A DNA stretch of 50,185 nucleotides from an uncultured Nitrospinaceae bacterium (GCA_965372625.1 CBDVDB010000001.1:1-50185), one strand, 5' to 3'. Numbered from the stretch's first letter, positions 36,293-45,846 are shown. Translations and numbers: made by a program. Notes: generated by a model not told the origin, from the letters alone.

Positions 36293-37189
36293 ATGATGAG
36301 AATCCTCCGTACGACCTTTTCCAATATCAAATCCAACAAACAGTTATTTCTGGCTTCAGTAGGTACCATTTCCATCGCGCTTTCTATTTTGGGGCTTTTT
36401 CTGTTTGTTTATGTCAACCTGAATTCCGTTCTTTCTTTTTGGAATGATCAGGTTCAGTTGGTTGTTTACCTGGATGATGACATTACCGGTAAGGAGAAAA
36501 AACGATTGGAGAAAATAATTTTTTCCCAATCTCAAGTCAATTCGTATGAATATGTATCGAGAGAAAAAGCCTGGAAAAATTTTCAATCCATGTTTTCCGA
36601 AAAATCCGCTGTTCTCAAGGGAATAGGGTTTAACCCTCTGCCCGCCTCCTTTAACCTGACCCTACAGCCCTCTCCGGACAGGCTGATAGCCATTCAATCC
36701 CTGGCCGGGAAATTAAGCGGGCTGGAGGGAGTGGAATCCCTCGAATATGGCGAGGAATGGATCAGCCGCTTTGAATCGTTCGTAATTTTAATGCGGGTTT
36801 TTCTCTGGGCCCTGGGAGGCTTGTTATGCCTGGGAGCCGTTCTTATCATCTCCAATACCGTCAAGCTTTCTGTTTTATCCAGGAAAAATGAAATCGAACT
36901 GATGCTTTTGGCAGGAGCTACTCCCAGATTTATAAAGATACCGTTTTTCCTGGAAGGCATTTTTCATGGTCTGCTGGGGGCCACACTATCTCTGATCTTG
37001 ATAAAAGGCATCCACTTGTATCTGGTGAATCAATTTCAGAACTCCATTGATACCTTTGGCCGGGGCATGGAGTTTCAGTTTATATCAATGCCCTTTATCC
37101 TGATTATCGTGCTGGCCAGTATTTTAGTAGGCTGGTTGGGGAGTTATTTATCCCTTAAGCAGTTTCTTGGGGATTATAGAAAATTATGA
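36293..37189 (+). CDS. ftsX: Cell-division ABC transporter permease FtsX
   Basis: Four TM helices surround a periplasmic domain, and the gene follows ftsE. I prefer ATG 36293, 4 nt after the ftsE stop, over the track's GTG 36263, which lies inside ftsE. Confidence 0.88.
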   Translation: MMRILRTTFSNIKSNKQLFLASVGTISIALSILGLFLFVYVNLNSVLSFWNDQVQLVVYLDDDITGKEKKRLEKIIFSQSQVNSYEYVSREKAWKNFQSMFSEKSAVLKGIGFNPLPASFNLTLQPSPDRLIAIQSLAGKLSGLEGVESLEYGEEWISRFESFVILMRVFLWALGGLLCLGAVLIISNTVKLSVLSRKNEIELMLLAGATPRFIKIPFFLEGIFHGLLGATLSLILIKGIHLYLVNQFQNSIDTFGRGMEFQFISMPFILIIVLASILVGWLGSYLSLKQFLGDYRKL

Positions 37190-38373
37190 AATTTCAGAAA
37201 ATATTAATTCTGGTTCTGGCGACGGTTTTCTGTTGGGCGGGTCCTGTTTATCCGGGTGACCCGTCAGAAAAGGAAATTGAAAAACTTATTCGTGACGAAA
37301 AGTCAGAACTTGAAGCTCTGAAAATGAAAATCGAGAAACAAGCCAGGGAAATCTCCTCCATGGGTAAAGAGGAATCCAAAATTCTTAAAACCGTGGAAAG
37401 TCTGGGGAATAAGAAAAAAGTCCGGGAAAGAGAACTTAAGATTTACCGGTGGAATATCAAAATCAACCAAAAACAATTGGACCAACTTTCAAGGAAAATT
37501 AAAATTACGGAAAAACAATTGTCCCGCCAGGAAAATATGCTTGGGAGACGCCTGCGTGCTTTATATAAGGAAGGAAAAATGTTTAGTTTTAAAGTCCTGT
37601 TTTCCGCGGAGGATTACAGCGATTTAATACAAAAAATGAAGTACATGGACCTGCTCATGTCCCATGATTCGCGGATTTTCAAAAATTATCAAAAGCGATG
37701 GGGTCAATTCCAGGAAGAAGAAAAAAATTTATCGCGGGCCAGGAAAAAAATGATCCAATTGAAAAATGCCGCACTCCAGAAGAAAAATGAAATCGATAAG
37801 GAAAAAAATAATAAATCCCGGTTTTTGAAAAAGATAAAAAATAAAAAAATTTATTTCATTCAAACGCGAAAAGAATTGCTGAAGGCCTCCGAAAACCTGA
37901 ACGATCTGATCTCCAAATTGGAGAAAAAAAAGATTTCGGGTGAGAACCTCAGTTTTGCCGATAAAAAGGGGCGGCTGTTATTTCCAGTGAGCGGAAAAGT
38001 CCTCAACCGTTTTGGCCGAGTGCGGGATAAGCGATTTGAATCCTATATTATTAATAATGGTCTCAACTTAAAGGTTAAAAAGGGCACAAAAGTTCATTCT
38101 ATTTTTGAGGGGCCGGTTTTATTCGCCGATTACCTGGAAGGCTACGGGAATTTAATCATTGTGGGCCATAGCGGTCAATATCATTCGTTGTACGGCCATT
38201 TGGATCAGATAAACGTTGCCCCGGGAGAATATGTTCGTGAAGGTCAAATTATTGGCTCGTCTGGAGATACGGGGTCCCTGGTCGGGGAAACCCTGTATCT
38301 TGAACTGCGCCACCGCGGCAAGCCCGTTGACCCGGCCCCCTGGCTGCAGGCCGGCAAAAGAAAGGCCAACTAA
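37186..38373 (+). CDS. envC: Murein hydrolase activator EnvC-type (coiled coil plus M23/LytM domain)
   Basis: 395 aa with a signal peptide and a long Lys/Glu coiled coil. The C-terminal LytM domain carries GHSGQYHSLYGHL, GDTGS and LYLELRH. An ATGA overlap couples it to ftsX. Confidence 0.85.
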   Translation: MKFQKILILVLATVFCWAGPVYPGDPSEKEIEKLIRDEKSELEALKMKIEKQAREISSMGKEESKILKTVESLGNKKKVRERELKIYRWNIKINQKQLDQLSRKIKITEKQLSRQENMLGRRLRALYKEGKMFSFKVLFSAEDYSDLIQKMKYMDLLMSHDSRIFKNYQKRWGQFQEEEKNLSRARKKMIQLKNAALQKKNEIDKEKNNKSRFLKKIKNKKIYFIQTRKELLKASENLNDLISKLEKKKISGENLSFADKKGRLLFPVSGKVLNRFGRVRDKRFESYIINNGLNLKVKKGTKVHSIFEGPVLFADYLEGYGNLIIVGHSGQYHSLYGHLDQINVAPGEYVREGQIIGSSGDTGSLVGETLYLELRHRGKPVDPAPWLQAGKRKAN

Positions 38374-38501
38374 TTCATAAAACCTGAAGAATTTCGGGTA
38401 TAATTGTGGGTAACGAACACATATTTTCATTCATTTTTTCCTGGAGAATTAACTTGAGTTGCGACAAAGTCTCCCCTCGTTGTTTTAAAAACATTAGAGC
38501 C

Positions 38502-39902
38502 ATGGCCACGGCCCTTTTGATCTGCCTGCTGTTTCTTGGTTTTGGATTCGGGCCGGCCCGGGCTCAGGAAACGGCGGTTAAAACCAGCGGGGCCTCCGTC
38601 GATTCTTATGAAAAACTCAGGGTGTTTTCGGAAATTCTTTCGTTGCTTGAAGCCAATTATGTTGAAGCGCTGGATACCAACGAATTGATTGACGGCGCCA
38701 TTCGTGGAATGTTGAAAACTCTGGACCCGCACACCTCGTATCTCCCTCCGGAATCCTTCAAACAGATGAAAGTGGAAACTTCCGGCCGGTTCGGTGGTTT
38801 GGGGATTGAAATCTCCATCAGGAAAGGAATTTTAACGGTGGTGTCCCCGATCGAAGATACTCCCGCTTTCAAGGCGGGTATCCAGTCCGGTGACCGGATC
38901 ATTAAAATTGAGGATGAATCCACCCTGGATATGACCCTGACCGATGCGGTGGAACGCTTAAGAGGCAAGATCGGCACCTCAGTCAACATAACCATTTTCC
39001 GTGAAGGCGTGGATGAACCGTTCCCCGTGTCTCTGGAGCGAGCCAACATTCAAGTCAAAAGCGTTAAAAGTAAAATTTATGAAGGCAGTATCGGTTATGT
39101 GAGAATTAGAAGCTTTACCAAAACCACCAGCCGCGATCTGGATAAGATACTGGATGAATTCCGGGCCAAAAAGGTTAAAAAACTGGTTTTGGATTTGCGC
39201 AATAATCCGGGGGGATTGCTGAATCAGGCGGTGGAGGTGTCGGACCGTTTTCTCAAACCTGAAAACCTGATTGTGTATACCCAGGGCCGGACCGAAGAGC
39301 AGAATATGAGATTCACCACTCACGATCGCGTCCAGAGAGTTTCGTATCCCATGATTATTCTCGTCAACGGCGGTAGCGCCAGCGCTTCCGAAATCGTGGC
39401 GGGCGCCCTTCAGGATTCCAGCCGCGCCATTATTCTGGGAACCCAGACTTTCGGCAAAGGCTCCGTTCAAACGATTATTCCCCTGAGCGACGGCTCCGCT
39501 CTGAGGTTGACCACCGCCCGGTATTACACCCCCAGCGGCAGAGTGATTCAAGAAAATGGAATCATTCCGGATATCATTGTTGAAGTTCCCGTAGCCGCAA
39601 AAAGCTCCGGCGATGAAGAGGATAAGAGTAAGGAAGAGATCAATAAAATGAAAAATAAAATGAGGAAGTTCCTTCGGGAAAAGGACCTGAAGCAGCACCT
39701 TAAAGGTAAAAAAAGTTTTGGTGAAGAAGAATCCATTCCAGAAGAAGATGTGAAATCGGAAGAGGATTTAAAGAAACAGGAAATCATAGCTTCCTTGAGA
39801 AAAGACCTTGAAAAGGATATTCAATTAAAAGAAGCCGTGGCTCTGCTTAAAGGATGGTCGATCATGAGCCATGTATTCAGTAACAGCCAGGCCAATAATT
39901 AA
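38502..39902 (+). CDS. ctpA: Carboxy-terminal processing protease (S41 family)
   Basis: It has signal peptide MATALLICLLFLGFGFGPARA, a PDZ domain (GGLGIEI...GDRIIKIED), the S41 catalytic region (NGGSASASEIVAGALQD, TFGKGSVQ) and a Lys/Glu-rich C-terminal extension. I reject the track start at 38406 because it adds a non-signal-like extension. Confidence 0.88.
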   Translation: MATALLICLLFLGFGFGPARAQETAVKTSGASVDSYEKLRVFSEILSLLEANYVEALDTNELIDGAIRGMLKTLDPHTSYLPPESFKQMKVETSGRFGGLGIEISIRKGILTVVSPIEDTPAFKAGIQSGDRIIKIEDESTLDMTLTDAVERLRGKIGTSVNITIFREGVDEPFPVSLERANIQVKSVKSKIYEGSIGYVRIRSFTKTTSRDLDKILDEFRAKKVKKLVLDLRNNPGGLLNQAVEVSDRFLKPENLIVYTQGRTEEQNMRFTTHDRVQRVSYPMIILVNGGSASASEIVAGALQDSSRAIILGTQTFGKGSVQTIIPLSDGSALRLTTARYYTPSGRVIQENGIIPDIIVEVPVAAKSSGDEEDKSKEEINKMKNKMRKFLREKDLKQHLKGKKSFGEEESIPEEDVKSEEDLKKQEIIASLRKDLEKDIQLKEAVALLKGWSIMSHVFSNSQANN

Positions 39903-40023
39903 ACTCGTTTAAGTTTTTCAGAAAATATTTTTTGCCAGGACGGGCGGGTGAGCTACCCGGCTCATCCTGCAGGTCCTATTCCTTCCTGATGAGTACGATT
40001 CACCCCTAACATATTCATGTGTC

Positions 40024-41034
40024 ATGCTGGTTTTAGGAATTGAAACATCCTGTGATGAAACGGCGGCGGCAGTGCTGAAGGATGGAGATTCGCTGCTCTC
40101 CAATATCATCGCTTCTCAAGATGAAATCCATTCCCAATATGGTGGCATCGTTCCGGAATTGGCGGGGCGGTCCCATGTCGAGCGCATCCACCTTATTATT
40201 GAAACCGCGCTCACCGAAGCCGGCGTTGGGTTGAGTGATATTGACCTCATCGCCGCCACCCAGGGTCCCGGACTGGTGGTATCCCTGTTGGTGGGTTTGA
40301 ATACCGCCAAGGCCATCGCCTATTCAAGGGGGATTCCGGTTCTCGGCATCAACCATCTGGAAGGTCACGTGCTGGCCATTTTTCTTCAACAGAAAGTGGA
40401 ATTTCCGTTTTTGGCCCTGATTGTATCCGGCGGGCACACCGATTTGTGCCGGGTGAACGGTTTCGGCAAATACCGCATTCTCGGCCGTACCCGTGACGAC
40501 GCGGCAGGGGAATCCTTTGATAAAGTGGCCAAGATGCTGGGCCTCGGCTACCCCGGGGGCCCCATTATCGAAAAAATAGCGCGGCAGGGGAAGGTCGGAG
40601 CCCATGAATTTCCCCGCGCCTTGCTGGAAAAAAATTCACTGGATTTCAGTTTCAGTGGCTTGAAAACTGCTGTCCGCACTACGCTTCTTAAACGCAAAAA
40701 AGGTAACGGCGCTGCCTTATCCGATGCGGATATCGCCGCCGGATTTCAGGAGGCGGTAGTGGACGTTTTGGTTCGCAAAACCCTGTCCGCCTGCCGGCAG
40801 GAATCTCTCAAACGGGTGGTCGTCACCGGCGGGGTGGCCGCCAATGGCTATCTCAGAGACCGCATGACTGCCGCTGCCCAAAGGGAAGGCATCGCAGTGT
40901 CGGTTCCCAAGCCGGTGCTGTGTACGGATAATGCCGCGATGATCGCCTGCGCCGGTTATTACCGTTCCCAGCATTGTCCGCCTTCGGATAACGATCCATT
41001 TTTGCTGGACGCACATCCCAACTTACCCTTTTAA
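40024..41034 (+). CDS. tsaD: tRNA N6-adenosine threonylcarbamoyltransferase
   Basis: 336 aa. Motifs are LGIETSCDETA, GINHLEGH, VSGGHT and GGVAAN. Confidence 0.95.
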   Translation: MLVLGIETSCDETAAAVLKDGDSLLSNIIASQDEIHSQYGGIVPELAGRSHVERIHLIIETALTEAGVGLSDIDLIAATQGPGLVVSLLVGLNTAKAIAYSRGIPVLGINHLEGHVLAIFLQQKVEFPFLALIVSGGHTDLCRVNGFGKYRILGRTRDDAAGESFDKVAKMLGLGYPGGPIIEKIARQGKVGAHEFPRALLEKNSLDFSFSGLKTAVRTTLLKRKKGNGAALSDADIAAGFQEAVVDVLVRKTLSACRQESLKRVVVTGGVAANGYLRDRMTAAAQREGIAVSVPKPVLCTDNAAMIACAGYYRSQHCPPSDNDPFLLDAHPNLPF

Positions 41035-41048
41035 CGGAATATCGTTTT

Positions 41049-42047
41049 ATGAACGTTCTGGTGACCGGAGGCGGTGGATTCCTGGGCAGTCATCTGGCCC
41101 GCCGGCTGGCTGAACTGGGCCACCGGGTTTCAGTTCTGGGGCGGAGCCGGTACCCCGAACTACCGGGAAGTATCACGGCCATCCAAGCCGATCTTCGAGA
41201 CCCTGAAGCCGTTTCCGGGGCCTGCCGGGGGCAGGATTCGGTGTTTCATGCCGGCGCTCTCACCGGCATCTGGGGAAAGAAGGAGGATTTTTACCGAATC
41301 AATGTCGAGGGGACCCGTCATGTCATTGAAGGATGCCTCGCACAGGGGGTCCAAAAACTGGTCTTCACCAGCTCACCCAGCGTAATTTATGACCAGAGTG
41401 ATATGGAAAACGTGGATGAGTCCGCTCCATACCCCACTCATTACCTGTCCGAATATCCCCGAACCAAGGCCCTGGCGGAGCAGAGGGTCATGGCCGCCAA
41501 CGGCCAGCAGGGTTTGCTGACCGTGGCGCTCCGGCCGCATCTGATCTGGGGGCCGGGCGATCCGCATCTGGTCCCCAGAATCGTCGCCCGGGCCAGAAAA
41601 TTCAAATTGGTTCGGGTGGGGGAGGGCACCAACCGGGTGGATATCATTTATATCGACAACGCCGTGGAGGGGCATATCCGGGCCTGGCAAGCTTTGGAGG
41701 CGGGCTCCCCGGTGGCGGGAAAATGCTATTTTATCAGCGACGGCGAACCGGTGGCGTTGTGGGATTGGATCAATCAATTACTGATCGCCCTGAGGATCGA
41801 TCCCCCGACAAAGAGCATATCCTATGGCATGGCGAGGAATCTGGGAGGCCTGCTGGAAGTCATCTATCGGGTGTTCAGGCTTCCGGGAGAGCCTCGGATG
41901 ACCCGCTTTCTGGCCGGACAGCTGGCGACCTCACATTATTTTGACATTAGCCGGGCCAGAAGGGATTTTAATTACGAGGCTATTATCTCCCCCGAGGAAG
42001 GGATGAAACGCCTGCTCAAATCGCTTCAGGTTCCCCCAGAACGTTGA
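41049..42047 (+). CDS. NAD-dependent epimerase/dehydratase, 3-beta-hydroxysteroid dehydrogenase/isomerase-like SDR
   Basis: 332 aa. It has the Rossmann motif VLVTGGGGFLGSHL, FTSSPSVIY and the catalytic YPRTK (YxxxK). The overall layout is that of extended SDRs of the 3-beta-HSD family. Confidence 0.8.
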   Translation: MNVLVTGGGGFLGSHLARRLAELGHRVSVLGRSRYPELPGSITAIQADLRDPEAVSGACRGQDSVFHAGALTGIWGKKEDFYRINVEGTRHVIEGCLAQGVQKLVFTSSPSVIYDQSDMENVDESAPYPTHYLSEYPRTKALAEQRVMAANGQQGLLTVALRPHLIWGPGDPHLVPRIVARARKFKLVRVGEGTNRVDIIYIDNAVEGHIRAWQALEAGSPVAGKCYFISDGEPVALWDWINQLLIALRIDPPTKSISYGMARNLGGLLEVIYRVFRLPGEPRMTRFLAGQLATSHYFDISRARRDFNYEAIISPEEGMKRLLKSLQVPPER

Positions 42048-42777
42048 TACGGTGGGCCAGGCAACCCGCGCCGAATCCATTGCCAATATTGACCACCGCC
42101 ACCCCCGGCGCACATGAATTGAGCATGGTCAAGAGGGCCGCCAATCCCTCAAACGCGGCGCCATAGCCGACCGGGGTGGGAACGGCGACCACCGGACAGG
42201 CCACCAGCCCGCCGACCACACTCACCAAAGCCCCATCCATACCCGCCACCACAATGATGACCCGCGCCGCCCGCAACCGGTCCATTTTATCCAGGAGACG
42301 GTGAATCCCGGCGACGCCTACGTCATAAGTGGTTTCGACCCGGCTCCCGAGAAGGTCGGCGGTGACCACCGCTTCCTCGGCGATAGGGATATCGGAAGTC
42401 CCCGCCGTGAGGACCAGAATATGGCCGACCTTTTTTCGTTCAGGATTGCGGGCGAGTACCAGAGTCCGGCTGGCGGACTGGTATTGGGCTTCGGCAGGCA
42501 GTTGCGGCTGGATTTGTGCGTACACCTCTGGCGGAAGACGAGTCGCCAGGATATCACTCTGCTCCATTTTTTGGATGATGGTCAGAATTTGATCCGGGGA
42601 TTTCCCCTCGCAGTAGATCACCTCCGGCATGCCGTTGCGCAGAGATCGATGGTGGTCCACCTGCGCGAATCCCAAATCCTCGTAAGGCAGATTTTTCAAC
42701 CGTTGGTAGGCCTCCTCCGGTTTGATTTTTTTCTCGTAGAGAGAGTGAATCAGTTGATGCAGAGCCTCGCGGTTCAT
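42016..42777 (-). CDS. larB: LarB-type (PurE-like) nickel-pincer cofactor biosynthesis carboxylase/hydrolase
   Basis: 253 aa. The N-terminal region (LPYEDLGFAQVDHHRSLRNGMPEVIYCEGK) is followed by a PurE-like fold (ILVLTAGTSDIPIAEEA, VAGMDGAL, PTPVGYG). An ATGA overlap couples it to gpsA. Confidence 0.85.
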   Translation of the reverse strand: MNREALHQLIHSLYEKKIKPEEAYQRLKNLPYEDLGFAQVDHHRSLRNGMPEVIYCEGKSPDQILTIIQKMEQSDILATRLPPEVYAQIQPQLPAEAQYQSASRTLVLARNPERKKVGHILVLTAGTSDIPIAEEAVVTADLLGSRVETTYDVGVAGIHRLLDKMDRLRAARVIIVVAGMDGALVSVVGGLVACPVVAVPTPVGYGAAFEGLAALLTMLNSCAPGVAVVNIGNGFGAGCLAHRINVLGEPEAI

Positions 42778-43802
42778 TCCAACCCTTTGATTCCGGTAAA
42801 TTCGGAAGTGATCTCAACATTCATTAAATCCTGCAGGGCCTTTTTGGGGGGCTTTCCTTCATGAAGGACGCGGTAGGTGGCTTCAATAATGGATGCCTGA
42901 ATATCGAATTTATTTTTGAGTTGCCAGGCGGAGGTGACGGTGCGCACTCCTTCCGCTACCATTTTCATGTTGGCGGTGATTTCCTCGAGCTTCAGGCCCT
43001 GGCCCAATTTCAGTCCGACAGTCCGATTGCGGCTGAGATCGCCGGTACAGGTCAGTACCAGATCTCCCATTCCGGACAATCCCGAGAAGGTTTCCGGCCG
43101 CGCACCCAGGGCTGTTCCAATCCGTGTGATTTCCACCAGTCCGCGATTGATTAAGGCCGCCCGGGTATTGAAACCCAATCCCAGGCCGTCAGAAATTCCC
43201 GTGGCGATGGCGATCACATTCTTGAGAGCGCCGCCCAGTTCGACTCCCGATAAATCGGTACTGGTGAAGACTTTTAATTTGTCCGTATTGAAAATGTCCT
43301 GCACCCTCAGCGCGGTTTCCAACTGCTCCGCCGCTGCAACTATGGCGGAAGGTTTACCCTCGGCGATTTCCCTGGCGAACGTGGGGCCCGACAGGGTCGC
43401 CAGGGAGTGGGAACCGGGAAGGACTTCCTGAATGATTTTATGAATCGGCAGAAGCGTTTCGTTTTCAATTCCCTTGGCGGCGTTGACGAGCAAACAGTCA
43501 GGATCGAGAAATGGTTTTAGTTGCTCCAGGATGGACCGTAAAATATGGGTGGGCACCACCAGCAGAAGGATTTGTTTATTCGCCACCACATCCTGCAGCG
43601 AGTTGGAGGGACGGATGGCATCCGGAAGTTGAAAACCCGGCAGATAAACCTGGTTTTCCCGCTGTTGCTGTATAATTCCGCAGAGGTCTTTTTCATAGAC
43701 CCAAAGGTCGACCCGATAGCCCTCTCCGGCCAGAAAAAGAGACAGCGCGGTTCCCCAACTGCCCGCACCGACGATACCGATTGATAGGGAGGAATTTGAC
43801 AT
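42774..43802 (-). CDS. gpsA: NAD(P)H-dependent glycerol-3-phosphate dehydrogenase
   Basis: 342 aa. Motifs are IGIVGAGSWGTAL, AKGIE, GPTFAREIA, GALKNVIAIA and GDLVLTCT. Confidence 0.93.
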   Translation of the reverse strand: MSNSSLSIGIVGAGSWGTALSLFLAGEGYRVDLWVYEKDLCGIIQQQRENQVYLPGFQLPDAIRPSNSLQDVVANKQILLLVVPTHILRSILEQLKPFLDPDCLLVNAAKGIENETLLPIHKIIQEVLPGSHSLATLSGPTFAREIAEGKPSAIVAAAEQLETALRVQDIFNTDKLKVFTSTDLSGVELGGALKNVIAIATGISDGLGLGFNTRAALINRGLVEITRIGTALGARPETFSGLSGMGDLVLTCTGDLSRNRTVGLKLGQGLKLEEITANMKMVAEGVRTVTSAWQLKNKFDIQASIIEATYRVLHEGKPPKKALQDLMNVEITSEFTGIKGLE

Positions 43803-43984
43803 GGAAGTTCAGCAGGTGTTTGAAATTTGAACAATAGCAGGAATAACCCTGATCCTGCTTTGAAGCCCCATTTTACCTTAATAAAACGGGAAAATGAGCT
43901 TGTGCTGTAAAAATCTTTGTGCTTAAATCAAGACCATTAGAAAACATTTATTCCCGTTTCTGCTTCAAATTATAATCCACAATT

Positions 43985-44671
43985 ATGGCTCAAGATACCA
44001 AATTAACACGAAAAGACCTGAAGAAACCGGACCAGTTTCTGGTATCCAGCAATGAGTTTCTCGATTTTTTAGGCCGCAACAAAAACGTCCTTATCGGTTT
44101 GATGGCAGGGTTGCTGTTGGTTGGGGGAGGGGCCCTGCTGGTATCCCATCAGAAAAAAGCGGAAAGTTTGAGGATGGAGTCGCTCTACTACAAAATGACC
44201 CAGCGGGTGGAGGAGAGTAAGGATTCCAACGGCGACCAATTGATTTCCGATTTGAATTCCCTTTTGGAGCAGTTTAATGAGGGCGATCAAAAATTAAGAG
44301 CCGGGGTTCTGCTGGCGGATGCCCAATACCAGAATCAACGCTATGATGATGCGGTTTCGTCTTTTAAAATGGTATCGGACAAGGCACAACCGGGAACACT
44401 GATTTTCTTTATGGCCCAATCCGGGTTGGCTCATTCTTACGAAGGGAAAAAAGATTTTAAGCAGGCCATAACTCATTTCAAAAATATTATCGACCGTCCG
44501 GGAGAGTTTCCTCTATTCTATACCTACCTTGGGTTGTCACGTTGCTACGAATTGACGCAGGATACCCAAAACGCCCTGTTGATTTTGCGTGAGATGCAAA
44601 CCAAATTTTCCGAACATGCCGGCCTGGAGAAAGTTAATTTTTCCATCAAGCGGTTGGAAGGTACGGCATAA
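43985..44671 (+). CDS. Membrane-anchored tetratricopeptide-repeat protein, YfgM-like
   Basis: 228 aa. A short basic N-terminus is followed by one TM helix (VLIGLMAGLLLVGGGALLV) and TPR-like helices. The layout matches the YfgM/UPF0070 family. Confidence 0.6.
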   Translation: MAQDTKLTRKDLKKPDQFLVSSNEFLDFLGRNKNVLIGLMAGLLLVGGGALLVSHQKKAESLRMESLYYKMTQRVEESKDSNGDQLISDLNSLLEQFNEGDQKLRAGVLLADAQYQNQRYDDAVSSFKMVSDKAQPGTLIFFMAQSGLAHSYEGKKDFKQAITHFKNIIDRPGEFPLFYTYLGLSRCYELTQDTQNALLILREMQTKFSEHAGLEKVNFSIKRLEGTA

Positions 44672-44688
44672 TTCCATGAGCATTCCTT

Positions 44689-45771
44689 ATGAGCCCCTTT
44701 AAACACAGGGTCCTCTGCACCTGTTCAGGTTTTCTTTTTTCAGGTTTGATTTTTCTTCTCAATCCCTCCTCCTCCTTTTCCGTTCTATTTATCGACAAAG
44801 AATCTGAATTATCCATGGGGCAGGAAGCGGATAAGCAAGTCATCGCCCGATTCGGGTTATATCCCGATAAAAGTCTTCAACTGTATGTGAATGGAATCGG
44901 CCAGAAGCTGGTTTCCAATCTATCCGACAAGGAATTCAAAAAGTATTTTTTTAAAGTCGTGGACAGTTCGGACATCAACGCCTTTGCTTTGCCGGGGGGT
45001 TATATTTATGTGACCCGCGGAATGTTGGCCACGATCAATAATGAGGCGGAGCTGGCCGGCATCCTGGGCCATGAAATCGGCCATGTCACCCAGCACCATG
45101 GGGCCAAGCAGATCGTTCGATCCATCGGGGCCCAGATTCTTGCCGTCGGTGCGGCCATTGCCAATCCCCAAAACGCCGGCCAATGGCTGTTGTTAAGTAC
45201 TCAGATGTTCAATCAGATCAATCTGGGTTATGGACGCGATGCGGAATTGGAATCGGACGCGCATGGCCTGTTATCGGCCTCCAAGGCGGGATATGACCCA
45301 CGCAGTATGGTCGACTTTTTAAGGAACCTGCGCCAGCATGAAATGATGTCCGGCCAGGCCTACCATAGTTTCCAGGCCACTCATCCGGAAACTCAGGAGC
45401 GAATCGTTAAAACCGGAAGTTTGTCGCAGGCCATCATTAACCGTGAAGGGGATTCCTTTGTAAAAAACCGGACCCAATACATAACACATATCCAGGGACT
45501 CGCTTTCGGCGGAAAGAAGCACCAAAAAGATCGAAAAAACTACAAAGAAAAGCATATTGATATTTATGAGATCCAACCCGGTGACACCTTCAAGAGCATT
45601 GCTGTTAAGGAGCTTGGAGATGAAAGGGAGGATTTGACCATTGCGGTTCTGAATGGAATGCGCCTGAAGGATTCAATTCAGCCCGGCGAATTATTGAAAA
45701 TAGTCCGGCCCGGACCCTACCGCAAAGATAAAACCCTGGAGATCAGGCCCGATAGCAACCCCCCTCAATAA
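44689..45771 (+). CDS. M48-family zinc metalloprotease with C-terminal LysM domain
   Basis: 360 aa with a signal/anchor. It has the zinc motif GHEIGHVTQHH and a downstream E...D region. The C-terminal LysM-like segment is YEIQPGDTFKSIAVKELG...LNGM...PGELLKIV. Confidence 0.85.
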   Translation: MSPFKHRVLCTCSGFLFSGLIFLLNPSSSFSVLFIDKESELSMGQEADKQVIARFGLYPDKSLQLYVNGIGQKLVSNLSDKEFKKYFFKVVDSSDINAFALPGGYIYVTRGMLATINNEAELAGILGHEIGHVTQHHGAKQIVRSIGAQILAVGAAIANPQNAGQWLLLSTQMFNQINLGYGRDAELESDAHGLLSASKAGYDPRSMVDFLRNLRQHEMMSGQAYHSFQATHPETQERIVKTGSLSQAIINREGDSFVKNRTQYITHIQGLAFGGKKHQKDRKNYKEKHIDIYEIQPGDTFKSIAVKELGDEREDLTIAVLNGMRLKDSIQPGELLKIVRPGPYRKDKTLEIRPDSNPPQ

Positions 45772-45783
45772 TTCTTTAACTTC

Positions 45784-45822
45784 CAAAAATAAAAAACGGG
45801 CAGACCTTGCGGCCTGCCCGTT
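45784..45822 (-). terminator. Rho-independent terminator for the aconitase gene (hairpin shared by convergent genes)
   Basis: The hairpin is AACGGGCAGaCC-TTGC-GGcCTGCCCGTT (45795-45822). On the minus strand TTTTTTATTTTTGG follows it. On the plus strand no T-tract follows. Confidence 0.7.
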
Positions 45823-45846
45823 GATCGTTGAACGGTAAGTTTCGAA

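Noticed and set aside
39946-39967. A hairpin GGGTGAGC-tacccg-GCTCATCC downstream of ctpA.
   Set aside because: No U-tract follows it, so it does not qualify as an intrinsic terminator. It could still be a processing or stability element, but the sequence alone does not support that.
43971-43987. A possible leaderless mRNA for the TPR gene. TATAAT at 43971-43976 lies only 8 nt before the ATG at 43985, and no Shine-Dalgarno sequence is present.
   Set aside because: No acceptable -35 element sits at a 16-18 nt spacing. A-T hexamers are frequent in this AT-rich spacer. 5'-end mapping is needed before this can be claimed.
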